DNA of 64,000 bases. It comes from Clostridia bacterium. Its GTDB lineage: Bacteria > Bacillota > Clostridia > Oscillospirales > Acutalibacteraceae. The stretch covers positions 16,284-80,283 of the forward strand of contig CAAGMR010000016.1 of NCBI GenBank assembly GCA_900771085.1, in the 5' to 3' direction. Positions 8,679 to 18,156 of the stretch are shown in pieces. The position numbers and the translations under genes were made by a program. The notes below the pieces were generated by a model. That model ran no database searches, was not told the origin of the DNA, and saw nothing but the letters and a program-made list of their open reading frames with translations. The first letter of the stretch is position 1. Every line of letters begins with the position of its first letter.

Positions 8679-11321
8679 ATGGCTAACAAATGGGTTTATA
8701 TGTTTAGCGAAGGCGACATGACCATGAGAAATCTTCTCGGTGGTAAGGGCGCTAACCTCGCTGAGATGACAACAATTGGTCTTCCTGTACCACAGGGCTT
8801 CACAGTAACAACAGAGGCTTGTACTCAGTACTATGAAGATGGCCGCAAAATTAATGACGAAATCATGGCTCAGATCATGGATGGCGTTGCAAAGATGGAA
8901 GAAATCAACGGTAAGAAGTTTGGTGACAAGACCAACCCTCTCCTTGTTTCTGTTCGTTCAGGTGCCCGTGCTTCCATGCCTGGTATGATGGACACAATCC
9001 TTAACCTCGGTCTTAATGACGAAGTTGTAGCTTCAATGATCGCTGGTAACCCAGATCCATCATTTGAGCGTTTTGTATATGACTCTTACAGACGTTTCAT
9101 TCAGATGTTCTCTGACGTAGTAATGGAAGTTGGTAAGAAGTATTTCGAACAGCTTATCGACAAGATGAAGGAAGAAAAGGGCGTACAGTTCGACGTTGAA
9201 CTTACAGCTGCTGATCTTAAGACTCTTGCTGAGCAGTTCAAGGCTGAATACAAGAATCAGCTTGGCGAAGACTTCCCATCTGATCCTGTTACACAGCTCA
9301 AGCTTGCTGTAGAGGCTGTATTCCGTTCATGGGATAACCCTCGTGCAAACGTTTACCGTCGTGACAACGATATCCCTTACTCATGGGGTACTGCTGTTAA
9401 CGTAATGCCAATGGTATTCGGTAACCTTAACAACGAATCCGGTACAGGTGTTGCATTCACTCGTGACCCTGCTACAGGTGAAAACAAACTTATGGGTGAG
9501 TTCCTTATCAATGCACAGGGCGAAGACGTAGTTGCAGGTGTTCGTACACCAATGCCAATCGCTCAGATGGAAAAGGAATTCCCAGAAGCATACGCAGAAT
9601 TTATCAAGGTTTGTGATACTCTTGAAAATCACTACCACGACATGCAGGGCATGGAGTTCACTGTGGAAAACAGAAAGCTCTACATGCTCCAGTGCCGTAA
9701 CGGTAAGAGAACAGCTCCTGCTGCTCTCAAGATCGCTTGTGACCTCGTAGACGAAGGACACAAGACAGAACAGGAAGCTGTTCTCATGATTGACCCTCGT
9801 AACCTTGACACACTTCTTCACCCACAGTTCGACGCTGCTGCTCTTAAGGCTGCAACTCCACTTGGTAAGGGCCTCGGCGCTTCTCCTGGTGCTGCTTGCG
9901 GTAAGGTTGTATTCACAGCTGACGATGCAGAAGCTTGGAACAACCGTGGTGAGAAGGTAGTTCTTGTTCGTCTTGAAACTTCTCCAGAAGATATCAGCGG
10001 TATGAAGGCTGCTCAGGGTATCCTCACAGTTCGTGGTGGTATGACATCTCACGCTGCAGTAGTTGCTCGTGGTATGGGTACTTGCTGCGTATCCGGTTGT
10101 GGCGACATCAACATGGATGAAGAAAACAAGAAGTTCACTCTTGCAGGCGTTACATTTAACGAAGGCGACTACATCTCAATCGATGGTTCTACAGGTAACA
10201 TTTACCAGGGCCAGATTGCTACTGTTGACGCTCAGATTGCCGGCGAATTCGGCCGCGTAATGGCTTGGGCTGACAAGTATCGTCAGATGAAGGTTCGTAC
10301 AAACGCAGATACACCTGCTGACGCTAAGAAGGCTCGTGAACTCGGTGCTGAAGGTATCGGCCTTTGCCGTACAGAGCACATGTTCTTCGAAGCAGACAGA
10401 ATCGCAGCATTCCGCGAAATGATCTGCTCAGATACACAGGAAGAAAGAGAAGTAGCTCTTAACAAGATTCTTCCATATCAGCAGGGCGACTTCGAAGCTC
10501 TCTATGAAGCGCTCGAAGGCAATCCTGTAACAATCAGATTCCTTGACCCACCTCTTCATGAGTTCGTTCCTACAGAGGAAGACGATATCGCAGCTCTCGC
10601 TAAGGCTCAGGGCAAGACAGTTGAAGAGATCAAGGCTATCATCACTTCTCTCCACGAGTTCAACCCAATGATGGGTCACCGTGGATGCCGTCTCGCAGTA
10701 ACATATCCTGAAATCGCAGCAATGCAGACAAAGGCAGTTATCAGAGCAGCAATCAATGTTCAGAAGGCTCATCCTGACTGGACAGTTAAGCCTGAAATCA
10801 TGATCCCACTTGTTGGCGATGTTAAGGAACTGAAGTATGTTAAGGCTGTAGTTGTTGAAACAGCTGATGCTGAAATCGCTGCTGCAGGCGCTGACCTTGC
10901 TTACGAAGTTGGTACAATGATCGAGATTCCTCGTGCAGCTCTTACAGCTGACGAAATCGCAGCTAACGCTGACTTCTTCTGCTTCGGTACAAACGACCTT
11001 ACACAGATGACATACGGCTTCTCACGTGATGACGCCGGTAAGTTCCTCGATGCATACTATGATGCTAAGATCTTCGAAAACGATCCATTTGCTAAGCTTG
11101 ACCAGACAGGCGTTGGCAAGCTCATGAAGATGGCTCTTGAACTCGGTAAGCCGGTTAACGACAAGCTTCACTGCGGTATCTGCGGTGAGCACGGCGGTGA
11201 CCCAACATCAGTTGAATTCTGCCACGAAATTGGCCTCGACTATGTTTCATGCTCACCATTCCGCGTTCCAATCGCAAGACTTGCTGCTGCACAGGCTGCA
11301 ATCAACAACCCACGCAACTAA
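8679..11321 (+). CDS. ppdK: Pyruvate, phosphate dikinase
   Basis: 880 aa; N-term MANKWVYMFSEGD...LLGGKGANLAEM, phospho-His motif GGMTSHAAVVARGMG, PEP-utilising C-domain; RBS GGAGGT; track ORF from 8574 is an upstream extension. Confidence 0.92.
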   Translation: MANKWVYMFSEGDMTMRNLLGGKGANLAEMTTIGLPVPQGFTVTTEACTQYYEDGRKINDEIMAQIMDGVAKMEEINGKKFGDKTNPLLVSVRSGARASMPGMMDTILNLGLNDEVVASMIAGNPDPSFERFVYDSYRRFIQMFSDVVMEVGKKYFEQLIDKMKEEKGVQFDVELTAADLKTLAEQFKAEYKNQLGEDFPSDPVTQLKLAVEAVFRSWDNPRANVYRRDNDIPYSWGTAVNVMPMVFGNLNNESGTGVAFTRDPATGENKLMGEFLINAQGEDVVAGVRTPMPIAQMEKEFPEAYAEFIKVCDTLENHYHDMQGMEFTVENRKLYMLQCRNGKRTAPAALKIACDLVDEGHKTEQEAVLMIDPRNLDTLLHPQFDAAALKAATPLGKGLGASPGAACGKVVFTADDAEAWNNRGEKVVLVRLETSPEDISGMKAAQGILTVRGGMTSHAAVVARGMGTCCVSGCGDINMDEENKKFTLAGVTFNEGDYISIDGSTGNIYQGQIATVDAQIAGEFGRVMAWADKYRQMKVRTNADTPADAKKARELGAEGIGLCRTEHMFFEADRIAAFREMICSDTQEEREVALNKILPYQQGDFEALYEALEGNPVTIRFLDPPLHEFVPTEEDDIAALAKAQGKTVEEIKAIITSLHEFNPMMGHRGCRLAVTYPEIAAMQTKAVIRAAINVQKAHPDWTVKPEIMIPLVGDVKELKYVKAVVVETADAEIAAAGADLAYEVGTMIEIPRAALTADEIAANADFFCFGTNDLTQMTYGFSRDDAGKFLDAYYDAKIFENDPFAKLDQTGVGKLMKMALELGKPVNDKLHCGICGEHGGDPTSVEFCHEIGLDYVSCSPFRVPIARLAAAQAAINNPRN

Positions 11322-11355
11322 TCTTGCGTAGTATATTGTAAGCTCCAATATAAAT

Positions 11356-11392
11356 TTAAGCCCCGACGCATTCGCGTCGGGGCTTTTTATTA
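11356..11392. terminator. Bidirectional rho-independent terminator
   Basis: AAGCCCCGACGC-attc-GCGTCGGGGCTT hairpin + T-tract between convergent ppdK and small ORF. Confidence 0.65.
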
Positions 11393-11617
11393 CTTCATCA
11401 GTCCCGAAAGGGAATTGAAGAGAGCAACGTCTGATGGCTTAACCTTTATTGTTGAGCGTACATGCTGTCCGTTTGGATATGTGATGTCGATTGCGATTTC
11501 TGTGCCTTCCTGAACACCACGTGATTTTACGTCGTTAAGAAACTTCGGGAAGTTTGGATGATTCTGCTGAAAAGTATCCCAGGCCTGTTTCAGTTTCATG
11601 AGTGCGCTAAAGTCCAT
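11390..11617 (-). CDS. Small hypothetical protein (75 aa)
   Basis: Good RBS (AAGGAG), bounded by terminator; no family recognised. Confidence 0.45.
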   Translation of the reverse strand: MDFSALMKLKQAWDTFQQNHPNFPKFLNDVKSRGVQEGTEIAIDITYPNGQHVRSTIKVKPSDVALFNSLSGLMK

Positions 11618-11752
11618 ATTTTATACTCCTTATGCCAGTTAGTTTATAAACAATTTAATCCGATGGCAGGTATTTGTCAAAACCCGCCTGCATACGGTTG
11701 ATTAAAAATGCAACTTGGTTTAGTATTTTTACATTGAATAACTTTAAGAGAG

Positions 11753-12790
11753 TTGATAACAATTACTAATACATTTCGTAAACTGATTGCCGTTTTAATG
11801 ACGGCTGCTTTACTGTTTTGTCTTGCCGGCTGCGGCCCAAAAGAGGAGCAGGAGTATTCCAAGGAAATCTTTGCAATGGACACCTACATGTCCCTCAAGG
11901 CGTACGGCGATGGCGGAGAAGAAGCGGTAAACGAGGCGGTAAAAGAGATTAACCGTCTTGATAAGCTTCTTTCAACGGGCAAAGAGACAAGTGAGGTCGG
12001 AACAATAAACAAAACCGGAGAAGGTGTGCTTTCTGCTGACGGTATAGCCTTAATGACATCGTCTCTGGAACTTAATAAGCTTACAGACGGAGCCTTTGAC
12101 ATAAGCATTTATCCGGTCATGAAGCTTTGGGGCTTCACCAATCAGAAATACAAGGTTCCGGATGACGAAAGCCTTAAAGCGACGCTTTCACTGGTAGATG
12201 CGTCAAAGATTAATTTTGACAGCGAGACCGGAAAGGTTTCTTTTGATACGCCTCAGATGGCCATCGACTTCGGTGCCATCGCCAAGGGTTACACCTCAAG
12301 CCGCGTTGCTGACATATTCAGAAAGCACGGTGTCAGGTGGGGTCTCATCAACCTTGGCGGTAACGTCCAGACCGTTGGAACAAGACCTGACGGAAACGAC
12401 TGGAACATTGCCATTCTCGACCCTGACGATGAAGATGCTCTCGCAGGCGTGATTTCATCCCACGACAAGGCAATCATTACATCCGGTGGATATGAACGCT
12501 TCTTCGAAGAAAATGGAAAGAAGTATCACCATATCATTGACCCGGAAACAGGTTATCCTGCAGACGGAGGCCTTCTCTCGGTAACAATCGTTACCGATGA
12601 CGGAACACTTGCAGATGGACTTTCCACATCCCTGTTTGTAATGGGCAAGAGTGGAGCGATAAGCTTCTGGAAAGAGCATAAACAGGAGTTTCAGTGCGTT
12701 CTTGTGGGCGATGACGGAACCATCTATGTTTCCGATGGCCTGAAGGATTCCTTCAAGCCGGAAGGCGAGAGGAATGTATCTTATTTTTAA
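11753..12790 (+). CDS. apbE: FAD:protein FMN transferase (ApbE family) lipoprotein
   Basis: Lipobox LAGC after basic n-region (TTG start at 11753 preferred over ATG 11798), ApbE motifs (FAMDTYMSL, DFGAIAKGY, ITSGGYERF). Confidence 0.8.
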   Translation: MITITNTFRKLIAVLMTAALLFCLAGCGPKEEQEYSKEIFAMDTYMSLKAYGDGGEEAVNEAVKEINRLDKLLSTGKETSEVGTINKTGEGVLSADGIALMTSSLELNKLTDGAFDISIYPVMKLWGFTNQKYKVPDDESLKATLSLVDASKINFDSETGKVSFDTPQMAIDFGAIAKGYTSSRVADIFRKHGVRWGLINLGGNVQTVGTRPDGNDWNIAILDPDDEDALAGVISSHDKAIITSGGYERFFEENGKKYHHIIDPETGYPADGGLLSVTIVTDDGTLADGLSTSLFVMGKSGAISFWKEHKQEFQCVLVGDDGTIYVSDGLKDSFKPEGERNVSYF

Positions 12791-12802
12791 AGAAATGGAG
12801 TT

Positions 12803-13192
12803 GTGACCGTGAGGAAAAAAGACTGGATCATTATCGTAGCTGCACTTTTACTTGCGGCTGCAGTCTTTGGAATATTTAAAATTTCTCAAAGCGGAACCTC
12901 CGGGGTGGGCAGTGTTGTCATCCGTCTCGACGGTGAAGTAATTGGAACATACAGTCTTGCAGAAGACAGAACTGTTCCCGTTGACTCAAAGCATGGTCAC
13001 AATGTCATTCAGATAAGCGGCGGAGAAGCTAAAATGATAGAGGCTGACTGTCCGGACAAATACTGTATGAGCCAGTCAAAAATCAGCCACTCCGGTCAGA
13101 CAATTGTCTGCCTTCCGCATAAGCTCGTGGTCGAGGCGGTTTCGCCGAAGACCGAAGATAAAGCATCCGAACCGGATGCCGTAGTATCGTAA
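12803..13192 (+). CDS. NusG domain II-containing (DUF1312) membrane-anchored protein
   Basis: N-terminal TM, conserved context between ApbE and Gx transporter; GTG start (alternative GTG at 12809 has better RBS spacing). Confidence 0.55.
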   Translation: MTVRKKDWIIIVAALLLAAAVFGIFKISQSGTSGVGSVVIRLDGEVIGTYSLAEDRTVPVDSKHGHNVIQISGGEAKMIEADCPDKYCMSQSKISHSGQTIVCLPHKLVVEAVSPKTEDKASEPDAVVS

Positions 13193-13209
13193 CGGGGAGG
13201 AGAATACTG

Positions 13210-13722
13210 ATGAAAAACAATATATCTTCCCGTGTAGCCTATGGCGGAATACTCACGGCCCTTGCAATGATTTTCAGTTACGCGGAAACTCTCATACCGC
13301 TCAACTTTGGAGTGCCGGGCATAAAGCTTGGCCTTGCAAACCTTGTTGTTTTGCTTGGCCTTACGTTCTTGAAGCCGGTTGACGTATTCCTGATTTCAAT
13401 GGTCAGGATTTTCCTCTCAAGCCTGCTGTTCGGCAATGCTATGTCACTGGCATACAGCCTTGCAGGCGGCATACTGAGTTTCCTGGTTATGCTGCTTATA
13501 AGCAGAGTGGAGGGGTTCTCACTTATCGGCATTTCAATTGCCGGTGGCGTGACTCATAACATAGGCCAGATTGTGACAGCGGCAATCATTGTCAAAACGA
13601 TGAAACTCACATGGTATCTGCCGGTGCTTATAGTAGCCGGACTCATCACAGGTGCAATTGTCGGAGCAATAGCTGTCTCGGTTATGCCGGCGGTAAAAAA
13701 GGTTATGAAAACTCAAAAATAA
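13210..13722 (+). CDS. Gx transporter family membrane protein (formerly 'heptaprenyl diphosphate synthase component I')
   Basis: Small polytopic membrane protein; RBS GGAGG; conserved ApbE-NusG_II-Gx order. Confidence 0.6.
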   Translation: MKNNISSRVAYGGILTALAMIFSYAETLIPLNFGVPGIKLGLANLVVLLGLTFLKPVDVFLISMVRIFLSSLLFGNAMSLAYSLAGGILSFLVMLLISRVEGFSLIGISIAGGVTHNIGQIVTAAIIVKTMKLTWYLPVLIVAGLITGAIVGAIAVSVMPAVKKVMKTQK

Positions 13723-13726
13723 ACGA

Positions 13727-13766
13727 TAAAAAGAGGCTTCCTTTTGGGGAGCCTCTTTTGTTTTGC
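13727..13766 (+). terminator. Rho-independent terminator after Gx transporter
   Basis: AAGAGGCT.../...AGCCTCTT hairpin + TTTTGTTTTG. Confidence 0.5.
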
Positions 13767-13848
13767 CGTTTCGTGTTAAACCATTTATATGGTATAATAA
13801 TTTGGTATATTGTTCAAAAACGAATTTTTGATAAATGGAGAGAGATTC

Positions 13849-14778
13849 ATGGAAAACAGAGCATTCGAAATCGTTAATGAAGTTAAAAAGGTTATCGTCG
13901 GAAAGGACGAAGTTATAACCAAAACTCTTATGGCTATTCTTGCAGGAGGTCACATACTTCTGGAGGACGTACCGGGTGTCGGAAAGACTCAGCTTGCACT
14001 CGCATTTTCAAAAGCCATGAGCCTTCGTTACAAGAGAGTACAGTTCACTCCTGACACTATGGCTTCAGACCTTGTCGGTTTCACCATGTACAACAAGGAG
14101 ACTGACAGCTTTGTTTACAAGCAGGGCGCACTTGCATGCAACCTTTTCCTTGGTGACGAAATTAACAGAACATCTGCTAAAACTCAGTCTGCTCTTCTTG
14201 AAGCAATGGAAGAACTTCAGATTACAGTAGATGGCAAAACATATATGCTTCCGGACCCTTTTATCTGCATAGCTACTCAGAACCCTCTTGGAAGTGCAGG
14301 TACCCATGCACTCCCTGATTCTCAGCTCGACAGATTCATGATCAAACTCTCCATGGGATATCCAAGCATAGAAAACCAGGTAGACATCGTTAAGCAGAGA
14401 AAGGGCGCAAACCCTCTCGAAAGCGTAGTAGAGGCCGCATCCCTTGAAGATATCAACGATATGAAGTCAGCTGTTGCCAATGTTCACATTGACGATGAGG
14501 TTATCGAATATGCAGCTACTCTCTGTGAGAAGACAAGAAACAATACAGATATTTTACAGGGCGCCAGCCCACGTGCCGTATTAAGCCTTGTTCAGATGGC
14601 AAGAGCATGTGCATTTATCAACGAGAGAGATTATGTCGTTCCTTCTGACGTAGCTTCTCTTTTCGCCGATGTCTGCGCACACAGAGTAATCCTTACTCCA
14701 AAAGCGAAGGTAAGCAAGACTTCCGCAGAAGAAATCCTTCAGGAAATCGTTAAGAATACACAGGCACCAAGACCATAA
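13849..14778 (+). CDS. MoxR-family AAA+ ATPase (AAA_3)
   Basis: Walker A GVGKT, Walker B LGDEINR, sensor motifs; RBS GGAGAG; upstream extended -10 TGgTATAAT. Confidence 0.88.
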   Translation: MENRAFEIVNEVKKVIVGKDEVITKTLMAILAGGHILLEDVPGVGKTQLALAFSKAMSLRYKRVQFTPDTMASDLVGFTMYNKETDSFVYKQGALACNLFLGDEINRTSAKTQSALLEAMEELQITVDGKTYMLPDPFICIATQNPLGSAGTHALPDSQLDRFMIKLSMGYPSIENQVDIVKQRKGANPLESVVEAASLEDINDMKSAVANVHIDDEVIEYAATLCEKTRNNTDILQGASPRAVLSLVQMARACAFINERDYVVPSDVASLFADVCAHRVILTPKAKVSKTSAEEILQEIVKNTQAPRP

Positions 14779-14787
14779 GGAGAAAGA

Positions 14788-15846
14788 ATGAAAAGTAGAC
14801 AGATAGGATATGCGCTACTTTTAATCGCACTGATAATAGCGGAAATCTACATTAACAATGTGGTTTCTCTTGTGGTTCTTCTGGTAGCCATCATCCTTCC
14901 AATCATATCTCTGGCCTTGTGTTTCAGGTCGAAAGACGCACTTAAAGTGCGTATGGTTACCGATGATGTCGTTACAAAAGGGGAAGATCTTCCGGTTTAC
15001 CTGGAATTTGAGAACACTTCCGGTGCGACAATCGCATATGCCAGATTCACTATTAACATATTGAATACTCTGACAGGCAGCTTCATTCAGAGTCCTTTTG
15101 CAACCACCATCTCCGGTAAAAAGGTTCAGAAAGCAAACCTCAAAGTATCCGAGTCAGAGATTGGTCAGGTTTATCTCACCATAAAAGATTTTGAGATATT
15201 CGACCTGTTCAGGCTGGTATCTTTCAAAAGAGAGGTTCAGCTGGAGGATACGGTTGTGGTAATGCCTGCGGATATTGACGTTGAAGCCCCGCAGATGTTT
15301 GTAACTGAAACAGAGGGTGAGTCAATCCGCTTTTCGGAAAACAACCGCGGACGAGATGTATCTGAAGTGTTTGATTACCGAGACTATGAGCCGGGTGACG
15401 ATATCAGGGCAATCAACTGGAAGTTAAGCGGCAAGAGAGATGAACTTGTAATCAAAGAGTTCAGTGAACCGCTTAATTATTCTGCAATCGTTCTTGTAGA
15501 CCTGGTTGAGGCCGAGCCGGACAGACTGGAACAGTGCGCAAGCGTTGCAGCCGGCGTATCCCGCGAACTTCTTGCCCAGGGTGTTATGCATACACTGGCT
15601 TTCTTTGACAGCGGTCTTGAGGAATTCGTTTTCACCAACATTGAAAACGAAGAGGAACGCGAACTTGGAATAGTCAGACTTATCTGTTCATGCTACAGCC
15701 AGAACGGCCCTCAGTCACTTGAAAGATATCTCATCAGTGACTACAGAAATCCGAACTCGACATTGATTTACATCACAACTCAGGTTGATGAAGAGGCTCT
15801 CCTTGCAGCTGCTCAGTATCAGCCAACAAGAATATACGAAGCATAA
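14788..15846 (+). CDS. DUF58 domain-containing protein (MoxR partner, N-terminal 2 TM)
   Basis: Signature DYRDYEPGDDIRAINWKLSGKRDELVIKEF; RBS AAGGAG. Confidence 0.8.
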   Translation: MKSRQIGYALLLIALIIAEIYINNVVSLVVLLVAIILPIISLALCFRSKDALKVRMVTDDVVTKGEDLPVYLEFENTSGATIAYARFTINILNTLTGSFIQSPFATTISGKKVQKANLKVSESEIGQVYLTIKDFEIFDLFRLVSFKREVQLEDTVVVMPADIDVEAPQMFVTETEGESIRFSENNRGRDVSEVFDYRDYEPGDDIRAINWKLSGKRDELVIKEFSEPLNYSAIVLVDLVEAEPDRLEQCASVAAGVSRELLAQGVMHTLAFFDSGLEEFVFTNIENEEERELGIVRLICSCYSQNGPQSLERYLISDYRNPNSTLIYITTQVDEEALLAAAQYQPTRIYEA

Positions 15847-15855
15847 GGGAAAACA

Positions 15856-18156
15856 ATGAAACTTGAAGTGTTGACAAACAGCAGAAAAGTTAATACCCAG
15901 GCTATGGCTATAACAGTGGCCATGGCTCTGGTTCTTAATGTAATTTTCTGGCTCAACATCTTCACAATGATAAAAATTCCTGCCACAGCTCTGGCTGTCG
16001 CAATCGCTGCTCTTGCACCGATTGTTTTCGGCTCAGTTTCCTATGTTAAAAAAATCGGACGCTACAGCCTTTATTTTGCAATACTCATCGTGGCACTTGC
16101 GTTGCTCATATTTGCCGACTTTTTCTCAACCGGTTTTGTGGCTGTCAGCAATCAGGTAATTGAAGTAATAAACAACAAAAACGGCCTTACCTTCCTGCCA
16201 CTTGCATTTGGCAAGCCGGGTGTGTGGGATACCGCTGTAACCGGTTCGCCGGCAAGGGGTCTTATTTCCCTGCTCGAGATTCTTACAGGTGCAATTTTTG
16301 CAATTAATACAAAGAACAAAAACATCCTTCTTACAACTATAACGGTAGCAATTCCGATTTTTGCCGGCATGTTCTTCGGCCTCAGTCCAAGACTGCTTTA
16401 CGCACTTTTATTGCTTGTCGTTTTTGCAATGATCATTGTTCTCTGCTCAATAAAGAACGATGAAGGTCTTAATCGCCTGGTATCACTCAGCGGCCAGGTT
16501 GTAGGTTCACTCATCGTCTTCCTGCTTCTCGCATCATTTATTCTCTCCAGCTTCTCAAGTCTTCCGCTTGCGACGAAAGTTCGCAATCGCGCTGACAAAG
16601 CGGTTTACAGCATGCGCTACGAACCGAAAACCGACGAGGAAATCGCTCATTTCCCGAAGGGCAATATCAGAGAGGCTAAGAGCATAGAATTCACAGACAA
16701 TGTCGCTTTCAACATCACAATGCAGCACCCGAGTTCCGCATATTTCAAGCAGTATGTCGGAGAGAGATTTGTTAACGGTGAATGGAAAAGCCTGGATGTA
16801 TCTGCCTACACCGGAAAATACCTCGGTATTTTCCAATGGCTCGACAGTCGCAATTTCTACGAAATTGCGCAGCTCTCGAGAGTGTACGCTGCTGACGCTT
16901 CGCGTACCGGCAGCGCCGCAACCATAAGCACAGTAAATATCAGAAACGTTGGCGAAAAGAGCGATGTATTGATCACTCCATATGAGATTATCCCTGACGT
17001 CAACGCTGACAGCGACTATACAAAAACAATACTCAAATCAAAGGGCTTTAAAGGCCAGAGAAACTATACCTACAACAGTTATGTCTGCCTTTACAATGAC
17101 TACGCAAGTTCCGGAATCATGAATTCTGTTGCGACTGAGATGGTACAGTCCGAAGAGGAAAAGGCATACCGCTCATTTGTATATGACAATTACCTTTCCG
17201 TCGACGGTCACTATAGCGACATGCTCGCTGCCACCAATATCGATGCCTACAACGGCAAGCAGATTTCCGATATCACATATTACATTCGCCAGTTCTTTGA
17301 AACCAATTACAAGTACAACACTGAGGTTGGCGAATATAATGCCGATCCATTAGTACATTTCGCTCTTAACAGCAGAGAAGGATACGACCCTTACTTTGCG
17401 TCCCTTGCGACTCTTATGTTCCGCAGAGCGGGCGTTCCGGCACGTTATGTCGAGGGTTACTATCTCTCTTATGCCGACATGGAAGGCTATATGTCAGTTG
17501 ACAATTCCAACTTCGACGTATACGACAGTTCAGCACATGCCTGGGTAGAGATTTATCTCGACGGCGTCGGCTTTGTTCCTGTCGAGGTAACGCCGGGATT
17601 CTACACACTGACAAAGGAAGAAAACGACAATACGACAACAAAGCAGGAAAAATTCACTCTCAATGACGACCAGTATTACCATGACGACGTTAATACCGGA
17701 AAGAACGAGCTCAAGAATTCAAATGATTCCAAGCGGAAGCTTTCAAAAGCACTGATTGTACTTCTGATAATCGCTGCTGTTATAGCACTTCTTGCATTGG
17801 CGGTTTTCCTTCTTTACAGATACATCATCACAGCCATTAAAAAGGCAGATTCCGCCAAGTCAACATACCACGGTCTTAAGCTCATTCGCGTATGCTGGAT
17901 GGTCAGAAACAGAAAGAAGTTCCCTGACGATCCGTATTCCATCGCAGATGATTTTGGCGAAGACAAAGAAAAATACACCAGGTATCTCGACCTGGTGTAT
18001 AAAGAAAAGTTTTCTGAAAACGGACTGAGCGTTGATGAGCGAAAGAGCGCATCTGAAAATGCATTAGTCCTTGCCAATATTCTTATAAAGGGTAAAGTAT
18101 CCGCCAAAGCCGAGGAGGCAGAGGCACAGGATGATTCCGGCGATTCGCAGGAGTGA
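15856..18156 (+). CDS. Polytopic membrane protein with extracytoplasmic transglutaminase-like core domain (766 aa)
   Basis: ~7 N-terminal TM helices, TGase-core region GYDPYFASLATLMFRRAGVPARYVEGY ... SAHAWVEIYLDGVGFVPVEVTPG, C-terminal TM + acidic tail. Confidence 0.7.
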   Translation: MKLEVLTNSRKVNTQAMAITVAMALVLNVIFWLNIFTMIKIPATALAVAIAALAPIVFGSVSYVKKIGRYSLYFAILIVALALLIFADFFSTGFVAVSNQVIEVINNKNGLTFLPLAFGKPGVWDTAVTGSPARGLISLLEILTGAIFAINTKNKNILLTTITVAIPIFAGMFFGLSPRLLYALLLLVVFAMIIVLCSIKNDEGLNRLVSLSGQVVGSLIVFLLLASFILSSFSSLPLATKVRNRADKAVYSMRYEPKTDEEIAHFPKGNIREAKSIEFTDNVAFNITMQHPSSAYFKQYVGERFVNGEWKSLDVSAYTGKYLGIFQWLDSRNFYEIAQLSRVYAADASRTGSAATISTVNIRNVGEKSDVLITPYEIIPDVNADSDYTKTILKSKGFKGQRNYTYNSYVCLYNDYASSGIMNSVATEMVQSEEEKAYRSFVYDNYLSVDGHYSDMLAATNIDAYNGKQISDITYYIRQFFETNYKYNTEVGEYNADPLVHFALNSREGYDPYFASLATLMFRRAGVPARYVEGYYLSYADMEGYMSVDNSNFDVYDSSAHAWVEIYLDGVGFVPVEVTPGFYTLTKEENDNTTTKQEKFTLNDDQYYHDDVNTGKNELKNSNDSKRKLSKALIVLLIIAAVIALLALAVFLLYRYIITAIKKADSAKSTYHGLKLIRVCWMVRNRKKFPDDPYSIADDFGEDKEKYTRYLDLVYKEKFSENGLSVDERKSASENALVLANILIKGKVSAKAEEAEAQDDSGDSQE

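Noticed and set aside
9381-10052. 223-aa antisense ORF inside ppdK
   Set aside because: Lies entirely within the strongly supported ppdK frame on the opposite strand, with no RBS and low-complexity translation; a by-product of codon-biased sequence.
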